A DNA stretch of 63,200 nucleotides, filler included, from Perkinsus chesapeaki ATCC PRA-425 (taxonomy: Eukaryota > Protista > Perkinsozoa): the NCBI GenBank assembly GCA_013115145.1. It is 6 parts of 6 records of this genome, joined end to end, with 100 filler letters (N's around TTAATTAATTAA, not from the genome) between each part and the next. Parts side by side here need not be neighbours in the genome. Positions count along the whole stretch, not along the records: positions 53,149 to 57,428 come from JAAPAO010001284.1; positions 57,529 to 61,483 come from JAAPAO010001339.1; positions 61,584 to 63,200 come from JAAPAO010001864.1; 3 more parts are not named here. One strand, written 5' to 3'. Each line of letters opens with the position of its first letter. Position 1 is the first letter of the stretch. A program made the translations under genes and the position numbers. A model generated the notes under the pieces. It saw only the letters and a list, made by a program, of their open reading frames with translations. It was not told the DNA's origin and searched no databases. This document shows positions 53,149-63,200 of this stretch, in pieces.

Positions 53149-54099
53149 CCCGGAATAGCCTGCCCATGCTGTAGATATCTCCTGGGTTCCGAGTTCTCAA
53201 TCTTTTTCGGAAGTCTTCCAGAGTGGCCTGCTGCACAGAGTAAGTTGGACAGGGTCGCCAAAGTATCCAATTTCTATGGCCCTATCATTTTCAACAGCAA
53301 ACGAAGGCATAGCTGCTCTCCCCCGGGAAGACTCCTAGAGTTGAAACGACGAGAGTTGGAATACGAACAAGAGGTCGCCTACTTTCACGAAGAAGGAAAA
53401 TTTAGCGGAAATTGAAAAATTGGAAATTCCGGTTCACTCGTATTTTCTTGCATTAACGTATTTTTCATCGTTGAGGAAAACCAACTGATGTTCCAAGTTG
53501 GAACTTCCAACACTGGGCCGCCCAGCCTGGGCGGGAGCACGCTCCTGTACCAATGACACAGTATCATTTCGTCAAGGAAAGTTTTCATTGACCTTGGCCA
53601 TGGGAAAACAACGTCTACGGTTGCCTTGAGACATCATGTCGTGGACTGTCTACGGTAGGCATGATCTGAAGCCCACCAGACTGGTGGCGCCAGTCGAGCT
53701 ACGACTAGCATATTCAACCAGCTCGGAGGAATATCTCGAAAGTTCAGACATCAAATGTCCGAATGTTAAACATTCAGGAATCTCCTGTCTCAGACAATGC
53801 AGTCCTTGTATTTGTTAAACAAACTTTCTTTCGACTCACATTTGTTTCCTTCATACCATGCATCTCAGTGTGCTTGTTAGAAAAGTCCACCCCTCCCCAT
53901 GACGGTGACTCGAAGTTCCTGAACCTGAAAACTGAGACTTCGTTTTCTGCCGATGACAAAGAAACTATCGCTTTTCCTTCGTATGCCACTCCTTTTCTTT
54001 TGTATGAAATGAAGACTCGGATGCGGCATCGCTATTGCGCCTTTCGAGAAGCGATATACTATGTAAACTTGCTCGAGTTCTCATTGCCAACTGGGCAAT

Positions 54100-55000
54100 T
54101 CTGCTGCCGTACTAATTCATACACTCGAGTAGAAGTAGCGTTCAGGTGCGAACTGGCATGAAGTTGCCCAGAACAGCGGCGTGAAAAAGTCTACAGCCTA
54201 CAAGTTGTAGGCTACAACTGGGTTAGAAAAGCCATTAATGACGAGGAGCTCGAGAAAAAGCGGGGTGGGCGGAGGTTCGTAAAGGTGACTGAAGAGATGG
54301 TGGATCATATGATCGCCAAGATCAAGGAAGCTCCAAAGTTCCGCTTGCGCGAGCTTTGACCTGGACTCGTTGCGTACCACGAGTGTGAATAACCATCTTG
54401 ACGGCAGGATGTACAGTGTTAAGAGAGCTCACTATCAACCAGAGTCTGCCGGTAATGCAACAAACAAAGCCAAAAGACGTGTCTTCATGGAAAACTTCAA
54501 AGAAGCCAAGTGGGCTTAGCCCATCGGTCTTGGAACGATATATTTTTTATTGATGAATCGAACTGTAATCTCTTCCTACGATGCACAATATGCCGAGGGA
54601 AGAATAGAGAAAGAGTTACAGCGGTTCTACCTGATAGTAAAATACAGAATATGCATATGATTGCCGGGTTCAATGAACTCGGCTTTGATTATTTCACTCG
54701 TCGCAGAGGTGCATTCAAAGGATCAGATGTAAAAGAATGGATAATGTCCTTCCTTGATCATCTTATTGACGAAAAAGAGTACGACGCGGATTGCCTGTGT
54801 ATCAAGTTAGATAATGCACCGGCCCATTCAAATATTGAATGCGTCGGTTCCCTCAAATGTGAGTGACGGGAAATACGTCGACGTCCAGTTCCTGAGACTA
54901 CCCCCTTACAATCGTCAGCTAAGCCCAATAGAGCCGGCGTGGGGAATCGTGAAGTCTGACATCAAGAAAACCCTTCCCGCTCAGCTTATCCAGCCACAGC
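54100..55000 (+). mobile_element. Decayed Tc1/mariner-IS630 (DDE_3) transposase; no terminal inverted repeats identified
   Basis: HTH-like NWHEVAQNSGVKKSTAY(N)W; catalytic motifs IFFIDES, IKLDNAPAH and LPPYNRQLSPIEPAW; several frameshifts and stops. Confidence 0.85.
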
Positions 55001-57428
55001 CAGACGGAATGAGTCATTCACTCGTCAGTCGTTCAGTCGTCACTGGGTCCTCGTCATTTCGAATGAAGAAGACCCAGTGATGACTGAGAATAGTCGAGGA
55101 AATCCCTCGGAGGAATGTATCGACCAAGAGAAGCAGACAGCTACGCAAAGACATGTGATCAAGCTCTCCAACCATGTGCGAAGACTCGAGAACATATGCC
55201 TCGAGGAAAGAGACATTCCGAATCGGAATGTCTCTTTCCATCGGAATTTCCGATTAGCGCATGAGTAAAACTTTTAACTAAAAGGACCGCTGAAGCAAGG
55301 CCGGCCCCCGAAGGCTTCGAGTCGGCGTTTATATATTTCTATTATGGTGCTGTGTATTGTAGAGAGACAACAATTATAGTGTGATTCTGTTCCATCTCTG
55401 TTATTCTTGCAATCTTAACTAATCGCTACTTTGTGCGGCACAAAAGATATGTCCCCGTTACTGTCCCCTAACGCTAGTTGTAAGGATTACATAGATTGAG
55501 AAGTCTCTTTCGTGAATTGAACAAGATATCCACTTTGATATAAGGTTTATGATTGACCCTGAACCGAGTAGTGTTCTCAATAACTCGAGAACTGACATGT
55601 ATGCATCATACACGTACTGCATGGGATCAGTAGTCTCAATGCGTTTCTTTTGAGTAATGCTCTGTCGAGCGGAAATTGAGGTTTTAAAAATTGAACTTGG
55701 GAGTTTTTAATTCTAACTTGAGAACTTCTGATTAAGCTTGTCGATTCAAATTGAACACCGGCCATTTTAAAATTTGGGTATTCTTTCAAATTGATGTTAA
55801 ACTTTCTTAACTTGAGGTGAAAACGGTGTAGATTCTCAAAAGCTGATTCAGCTTTCAGAAGCAAAAGTGATATCAGTAGGTAAGGTACCATTGGTACCGT
55901 ACCAATATTGCGTAACCAACTAGAATAAGCCTGTGTCAGATTAGGATCGGCATTAGATGTAAGGGCCATAGATCTCTTATAATCAGAAATGAGTGGTATG
56001 GCAGTCCATGATCTCAAAGTTTGATAAACTTCGAAACGAGACTGTTCATTGGCGGCGTGGGACTCGAAGGACTCGCAATGCTTCTGCCTCACAGATTTCC
56101 ATGCTGACTTAGCTTTATTCAATTCACTGATGCCGTCTCATATTATCAGACTGATAATTCAGCCACATAGAGGGGACCAAGAAATAAAAGCAAACCCCAA
56201 CCGTAACTTTTAAAGTTACGGGTTTACGGGTTGATAAAGTTAAACTTTATCATCTTTCCCTATCTCATCACTACATGTTGCTTCATTAGCATCCTTTTTC
56301 TCTTCGTCGTCCTTCGCCTTTCGGGACTCAATCTCTGAAGGTCCCGGCGATGAGGATTCGATGGAGGGTGTTAGATCGGTTCGAGCGGCTCGAATCGAGC
56401 CTTGAACTTCGAGGAGTGGTTGACGAGAAATTTGATAAAGAAACACCAGGCCGCCTGATAGCAGTGTTTACATCCATTGAGTACATATCATGAAGAGAGT
56501 TAAAACTCTCGATAGAAGCGATTAGGAACTCATAACCTTGAGATTCGTCAGACCAAGTCTTAACCAAAGACGATCTCTGACATTCTCAGCAGCTCCAGAG
56601 GCAGTAGAGACCCAGTAGTCATAGTATGACTGTCATACCAGTAATTGGGATAACTGTACTGGCAGCAGGGCAAACACCAGCAAGGCTTGAACCCACACGT
56701 TCAATGGTGGTTAAATCACGCCACTCGTATCCTGTGTTAGATTCTTCCTCCTCTGGTACCATCTTAACTCGCAGCTTAAGGGAATTGCGTGCACTGCTGC
56801 AATGCGCGTAGTGGAAAGCGCGAATTGCGCGAGGTGCGATACTTTTGCTGTACTTCGCGCGTAAAGCACTTGACTCGTTGCGCGAAATTGCGCGCACTGG
56901 GAGTGAAGGCGCAATCGTGTGAAGAAGCCGAAAGTCGAATCCCCCAAGGCGTACGGGCCTCGGAGTGCGGCACTGCCTGAAATGTGAATTGCTTTAGTAA
57001 CGCAGCGTTACGCGAAATACGGTACACGTGCAAGACACATTGTTTTTTGAGCGCTAATTCACGAGGAAAAACACGCGAAAACACGCATTACTGATGCTAA
57101 TGCAGCATTAGCGCTAGGCTCGTGAAGTATTGTGTCACGAAAACCTATCGTCGCAACCGGGAATCGAGCTTACGACCCTCTGCAGATTGAACCATAACTG
57201 TACGCGGCTCGACAAAAATGTCGATACCGCCAGCGCTGCGGCGCTGGCGTTACTCTGTACTACAGAGCTTGTAGTGCTCTGCTGTTTTGTGACCTTGTTT
57301 CACCCAGGGTGCCCGACTGCGTTGAGCAGTGATATTCCGCGCAGTCTCTGCACGTATTGCACAGTGAAGTGTTTTAGTCCAAGGTGCAACTCCATTGATT
57401 TCAAATCAGCGTGAATCGGATTCCGCAT

Positions 57429-57528
57429 NNNNNNNNNNNNNNNNNNNNNNNNNNNNNNNNNNNNNNNNNNNNTTAATTAATTAANNNNNNNNNNNNNNNN
57501 NNNNNNNNNNNNNNNNNNNNNNNNNNNN
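57429..57528. other. Assembly linker
   Basis: N-TTAATTAATTAA-N. Confidence 0.98.
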
Positions 57529-59305
57529 CAGACTCTCGTCGGTTCTCGTTTCCTACTGCGGTTCAAAAATGGAGACTTCAGGCCGTCTCTGCAAAAGTCT
57601 GATAGATATTTCGACGCTGAACCAATTCTCCTCCAGGATACGTCAGAAACATTTCCGACGACCTCAACTTGATCAACCCCAATGGCATTCCATTTGGGTC
57701 TCACCCAAGAAGCAGCCGGGTAAGGAAAGCCTTCTCTATCAAAGTTTCGAGTTCAAACTACCACTTGAACGTGATGGGAAACAGATTCCCGATCTAATGA
57801 TTCGTAGCTCTACATCGGTGGGTTCAAAATTCGCGCACTTTCACCCAACGAACGGGAACAAAAAGTGTCGGAAGTTCCTCATCGAAAAAGCTGCACTGCT
57901 AACCATTCCTCGTCTTACATTAATAGAGGTGTCACTCGCCAAGAACTTCTTCGCCGCATTTAAATCTCGCCGAGCTTCCGCAATCAAATGATCTCCAAAC
58001 TTGTCTAAATAGAAAATCTTCCGGGTGCCAAACATACGCCAGGCGTAGAAGAGTAGGCGTATTACGCCTACTCTTCTGGCCATCAGACTTTATATTCTTC
58101 TCCTCATCATTTAACTTTCTTTCCGCGTGTCACAACATTATGTATGTGGGATCCATACCATATCTCTTTCTCACGCACCTCATATCGCGCATCGCTTCCT
58201 GTCGGGTGACAATGTGCTTTCATCATGGTATGAAGTTCGATGTGATCCAAGCTATAAACATATTTCGTACCATCTCCACCTAACTTGAGCTTCTCAACTC
58301 CTTTCGCTCTCATCCATCGATAAGCACGATTCGAACTAACTTAGTCCGACCGACGATCCGTCGGCGACGAATGTAAAGCTATTAACCAACTCGACAGTTA
58401 CTATTCTGCAGTAGAAACGTATGTCTGGTATAGACGGAGAGAGCAAGTACGTTAGAGCCCTCAAGGGACGCTTAATAAGGGTTTTCAATCCAACTTGCAG
58501 CACTGCGAAGTGAGGAGGTATCTGAACAATAAGAGAGTATTATACTGTATAATCTATACAGCATTAGAGATGGTAGACATAGAAAACTGCACGGATATAC
58601 TCAATATGTAATTCGACATTTTATGTACTGATATGAATAAAATACGCGAGTATCATTCGCGACATATGAGTGTGTAGGAGTGGCTCCTAGATCCTCTCGC
58701 GACTTGGCTACTCGAATTCCACATTGGCCTCAATGTACCATTTATAAAACATTGATTCCGGTACTCCGCTACGGCATGGGTCCCATTGTATCTCAGTAAA
58801 TCACCAGTTCAACGGGTTGCCCCTGTAAAATACAGGCTGTAATGGCATTACAGCGCTCGTCAGGTCTACGACCTGAGGTGGTCAACCTCCCGTTGATTGC
58901 ACTTGTTCTAACTAAGCTGCAATGAGCCATCATTATGACTCTCAATTTAAGACTCACTCCTTATGGTCCATAAGGACTGAGCCTCAAATTGAGTCACATA
59001 AGTTATGGAGTCTTTCACAAATATTTGCCCATCCATCAATACCAGCCACGACTAATGTGGCGGGGCCAAAAGAGTGTTTCTGAGGCGCTCGAAATTTGCG
59101 CATTTCCAGATATCATATTTCGCTCACCCTGGTCCGCGACCGCAGCAGCCGAGGTTCGCAAAGGAGTAATGTTTTACTGCATTAACCAGGCATTGTTGTG
59201 AACCGGCGGCCCGCCCGTGGCGGGCCTCCGAAGATTTCCTGAATGTTACTGAGGGTGGCACTGAATGTTATTCGTATATTTTTCAGTTCATTGGATTAAA
59301 TCCAA

Positions 59306-59782
59306 ATGTACTCTATCGCGATTTGGTTAACTATTATTTACGTGGTTGGCGGCTCATTCTTCGGCGGGATCGAGTTGGAGCCGCCCTTCGACTATGGGTT
59401 GGACAACGACACCACCGGCGGCACCAGTTACGTCATGACTACCATGGTACCTGAGCTAACCACGACAACTAAGTCTATCGCCGACCGGCTAGCGGAATTG
59501 GTATCACCAGCAACTGCTGCCTCCTCAATTGAGCAAGCTTGGAAGGAACTACAAGATAGTCTGGACTCGTCGGAGGCTGAGACTCCTTCCTTTGAGGAGG
59601 AGCTGACGTCAATCACGATTCTCTCTGAAGAGGATCTATCAGCTTCAACCCTAAGTACGACTACTCCTTCGAGCGCGTACTTGAGGGTGAGCTACGCCAA
59701 AGGTACCGGAGCTGTCGGGAGAAGCTGGCTGGTGTGGTTGGTAATCGTGGTGGTTCACCTTGGCAACGGTGGTGGTCATTGA
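59306..59782 (+). CDS. Small secreted, GPI- or TM-anchored S/T-rich protein, paralog A
   Basis: Signal-peptide-like N-terminus, hydrophobic C-terminus, single exon; shares TTTKSIADRLAEL..EQAWKELQ with paralog B. Confidence 0.75.
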   Translation: MYSIAIWLTIIYVVGGSFFGGIELEPPFDYGLDNDTTGGTSYVMTTMVPELTTTTKSIADRLAELVSPATAASSIEQAWKELQDSLDSSEAETPSFEEELTSITILSEEDLSASTLSTTTPSSAYLRVSYAKGTGAVGRSWLVWLVIVVVHLGNGGGH

Positions 59783-60586
59783 GGTCGATGAGGGTGCTCG
59801 GCAAGTCCACGAGGCTGCCGGAGAGTAATTAAGATTTGATCATTGTCACATTTTGCACCATGAGCTGTCGTCGACGCGATAAAACGATTTATATAAATGT
59901 TATGTTTCTTGAGTTTGTTTTAGTGCTCACACAAGTTTATAGTATAAAATACATACAAACCGTTTAGTTTTTATCGGGGCGAAGAAGCTCGAGGCTAACC
60001 TTGGAAGTTCCACGTTTGGATGGGCTTCCCCGTGAAACTCGAATCTCTTATGAGCAGGTACGTTAGTGGAACGAACTAAAAACGCTCTCTTAGACTTGTC
60101 GATCAGAGGAGTAACCGGTGATCACTGATCATATGCTCTTGACGAGCAGCTCTTCAGTGCTACAATAGCCCTGCTACTGCAACAAAGGCATGATGCCAGT
60201 TAAACTGGCATGATGCCAGTTGAGGCCAGGCTGATCCTCTCTCAGCCAGATCGTCTGATTCGGCCGCAACAGGCTGTAATGCTGGCCGGTGGCCTCAGGC
60301 CACTGGCCTGCACACTGAGGGTTGCGACGGGAAACGGCAGAGCGCTCGAAAACTGTTTTCCACGATTGACATTTCGTTCGCCCTGACCTTGGCCCGCGAC
60401 CGGCTGACCGCGCGACCGTTGACTTCAAATAACAGGACAAGCAGGAGCCAAGGCTTTATTGTAGTTATGACTCGGATAGAATCGCTCTGAACTGGTGACC
60501 ACTCGTGCATTTAACGAGGGACAGTACAACTGTTCTTGACAGCTCTTTTTCAGTTTATCCAATAAGCTTTATTATACTCAATCAAA

Positions 60587-61090
60587 ATGCATTGCTTCAT
60601 GGTCTGGTTAACTATGCTCCACCTAGTTGGTGCAACATTGTTCGACAATCTGGACATAGACTGGTTATCTGACCAACTTGAAGACTACCCTTCAAGCAAT
60701 GACACCTCCGCCGGCCCTTCCACTAATGTCATCCTCCCAGCGACGACTACCAAGCCTATAGCTGACAGGCTCAGCGAATTGGTTCTGTCTCCTACTACGC
60801 CTTCACCGATGGAACAGGTTTGGGAAGAACTCCAGCATAACCTCGACATGGCTGGCACCATAGAACCATCACCCGGTTCAGAAGCCACTCCGAATTTTAT
60901 CGAGTTCCTGCAGGCCATGACTATTCCCTTAGAGGAGGAAGTGCTTTCGCCATCAACGACAAGCACGACTGGTCCTCCAAGCGGCAACTTGAGGGATGTA
61001 GGCAGGTCTAACCAGAGTGGAGCTATCGCCGGAAGCTGGATTGTTTGGGCGGGAGTGGTGGTGTATTATGTTGCTGGTGGCGTCCATTGA
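60587..61090 (+). CDS. Small secreted, GPI- or TM-anchored S/T-rich protein, paralog B
   Basis: Same architecture; TTTKPIADRLSEL..EQVWEELQ and GSWIVW tail. Confidence 0.75.
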   Translation: MHCFMVWLTMLHLVGATLFDNLDIDWLSDQLEDYPSSNDTSAGPSTNVILPATTTKPIADRLSELVLSPTTPSPMEQVWEELQHNLDMAGTIEPSPGSEATPNFIEFLQAMTIPLEEEVLSPSTTSTTGPPSGNLRDVGRSNQSGAIAGSWIVWAGVVVYYVAGGVH

Positions 61091-61483
61091 GGTCAAAGGG
61101 TATCCTCGGCAAGTCCACGTGGCTGCCGAGATATAATTAAATTTTGATAATTGTAACATTTTCATGATTTGCCGATAACGAACTGACATTGAATCCATAG
61201 CAGCCTTGAGTTCTTAGTGTTTACCGAGTTCGGAATTCAAACCTGGCCCATTGTGGCACAATTATTGGCCTACTTTCCTAAGAACAGTTTCCTCGATGGT
61301 CCTATCCCGGAAGGGATGTACCTGCGTTAGATCAGAGCCTTTACTTGAGGTCAGTCACTTCCAGACGCACAACTCAGCCTCCTTAATCGTGAGATCTCCA
61401 CTGGAGATTCTCCAGTCACTGGAGAATCTCCACTCAAGTCCAGTGGACTTCCTCTATTGTAGAGTGATTCTCTGAGAATCACT

Positions 61484-61583
61484 NNNNNNNNNNNNNNNNN
61501 NNNNNNNNNNNNNNNNNNNNNNNNNNNTTAATTAATTAANNNNNNNNNNNNNNNNNNNNNNNNNNNNNNNNNNNNNNNNNNNN
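61484..61583. other. Assembly linker
   Basis: N-TTAATTAATTAA-N. Confidence 0.98.
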
Positions 61584-62066
61584 GCAACTGTACGGATAAG
61601 AGCCATACTGATTACCATTCTACCAGCTTGCACTGTACGATATGATCCTCACTCCGGACATGACCGGGCCGGCCACATGAAAGTATCCGAGTTCTTTGGA
61701 TTATTTCCATAAACAACCCTAACGACATCGTGGCTCGCCTTGTACATTGGTGGAAATCGCCCTAGGTGTACCCCATTGCAGCCCTCGAGCCGGCCAATGC
61801 GAATTGCTCACAGTTCCAGGTTGGAACTTCGAGTCGTTTCGGACATGACCGGCCTGACCGGAGTTGTGTGCTGAATTTTCGAATATCTTTTATGCGAACA
61901 ACCTCGCAAAACAACTAGGCTATATTGTAAATTAATTGAAACCATATCAAAGTTATTTTTTTGCGATTCGCAAGCAGGTCATTGTCCTCGATTCCATGGA
62001 TATCATACAAGATTGTATTGTCAGGGTTCAGGCGCATGAATGTAGCAGTGCTCTGGTCGTACTGAG

Positions 62067-62178
62067 ATGACTATAGGGACTATTAAAATGACTATAGGGA
62101 CTATTAAAATGTCTAGAAGGGATTACTAAAATGACTATAGAGACTGCTAAAATGATTATAGGGACTACTTAAATGACC
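62067..62178. repeat. Degenerate 21-nt tandem repeat, about 5 copies
   Basis: AAAATGACTATAGGGACTATT-like units. Confidence 0.85.
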
Positions 62179-63200
62179 TGTAATAATACTGTTGTGTATC
62201 GTTCCTAGTACCAATGCGTCTTTGTGTCTCCATCCATAAGATGCAGACATAACAGCAATCTTCACTCCCAGTACAAAGTAGGTTGGTTTACGAGCGGGAT
62301 AGATTAGTAAAAGAGAAGTGTAAGCGATATGTCGGCGCCGCAGGCGCCGAAGGCGTTTATAAGTACTGTATTTTGGGGGCGAAAAGAGTAATTTTGGGGC
62401 CAGCGGAGTATTTTTGGGGCACCGGGAGCAGCTTAGGGGCAGCGCAAAGCATATGCCCTAAATTAGCACTGTTACATTAGGCGAGCGAGATCTACATACT
62501 AACTGGCGAGTGCGGGGGACAGCCACTTGTGTCCTGGAGTGCTGCAGCTAGGCTAGCCGCACTGAGCAAAGATCAGTGCAAATTGGAGTCGTTAGAGCAC
62601 TTCGGACTCGTTTTCGTGACTCGTTTTCTTTCGTTTTTTTACCTTCCTGTTGAACCGAGGCCTTCGATGTAGTCACTGTGGGTTCACCCTGGGGGTCGAC
62701 GATCTGCCCCCCCGGGCAACCCTTGTGTGGCTTGCGTTCCATCCTCGCGGTGCCAGACTCTGGCAGGAAGAGTCATCCCGACGACTGCAAGGCGTTTTCT
62801 CATTTCGGAAGCAAACAAGGCTGCTCCACGCAGTGCGGGTTACCTACGAGGCGGGCCGTCATCAGAAGAAGTAATATCAAAAACCGTTGTTTACACAAAT
62901 GAAGGAAACGATCCTGACCGTCACGTCCAAACTGAGTCTGTCAGACTGCACAGTGTGAAGCAAACTCGAGGTCTGTGGCAAGCTCGGCGCACAAGTGGTG
63001 GGACGTGTTGAGTACCAGAAGGAACTCCCAGAAAGAACTTCCCAAGGCTTATTAAGGGCACAGAAAACCCTAGCGTATGCGTGCAACTGTGTAGAACTCA
63101 TAGCTAATAGGAAACTGCGCAACTGCAAAGGAGAGTGGAAGTATAACTGTTCTTAGCTACCTAGTAGGTAGTAGTACCTACCCTGACTAAGGTATACTAG

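Noticed and set aside
57529-58330. Transposase or gene in broken ORFs (also 55577-56770 and 62650-63130)
   Set aside because: No recognisable catalytic motifs; left uncalled.
59780-59840. Stop read-through or selenocysteine recoding in the surface paralogs
   Set aside because: Paralog A has a second in-frame TGA two codons later, and the hairpin lacks SECIS features.

Overview
Eukaryotic, intron-rich protist DNA. The gene content and style suggest a myzozoan alveolate such as Perkinsus (inference, not proven). The window is not contiguous: it is six contigs or scaffolds joined by 100-bp N-TTAATTAATTAA-N linkers (25440, 46608, 53049, 57429, 61484). Recognisable multi-exon genes, with boundaries read by eye and therefore approximate: Vps39/TGFBRAP1-like, a mitochondrial helical-repeat protein, a PP2C phosphatase, TBCE (CAP-Gly N-terminus), NOM1/Sgd1, a SHIPPO/PGP-repeat protein, a mucin-like protein with 7 Cys-rich modules, CFAP58, a J-domain-RJL GTPase fusion and two paralogous small surface proteins. 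There is also an LpqC-like esterase pseudogene, a decayed Tc1/IS630 transposase and four tRNA genes (Ile-UAU, His-GUG, Thr-UGU, damaged Thr-CGU). Two window-wide patterns are not explained by these features. (1) tRNA genes and tRNA relics, with the acceptor/T-arm half best preserved, sit inside short spliceosomal introns of four unrelated genes; one apparently forms a 43-nt GC-AG intron. (2) Perfect inverted repeats with exactly a 1-nt spacer are far more common than chance predicts; one is visible as a frameshifting insertion in the transposase. A further oddity is a set of very AT-rich genes that are all linked to microtubules or flagella.
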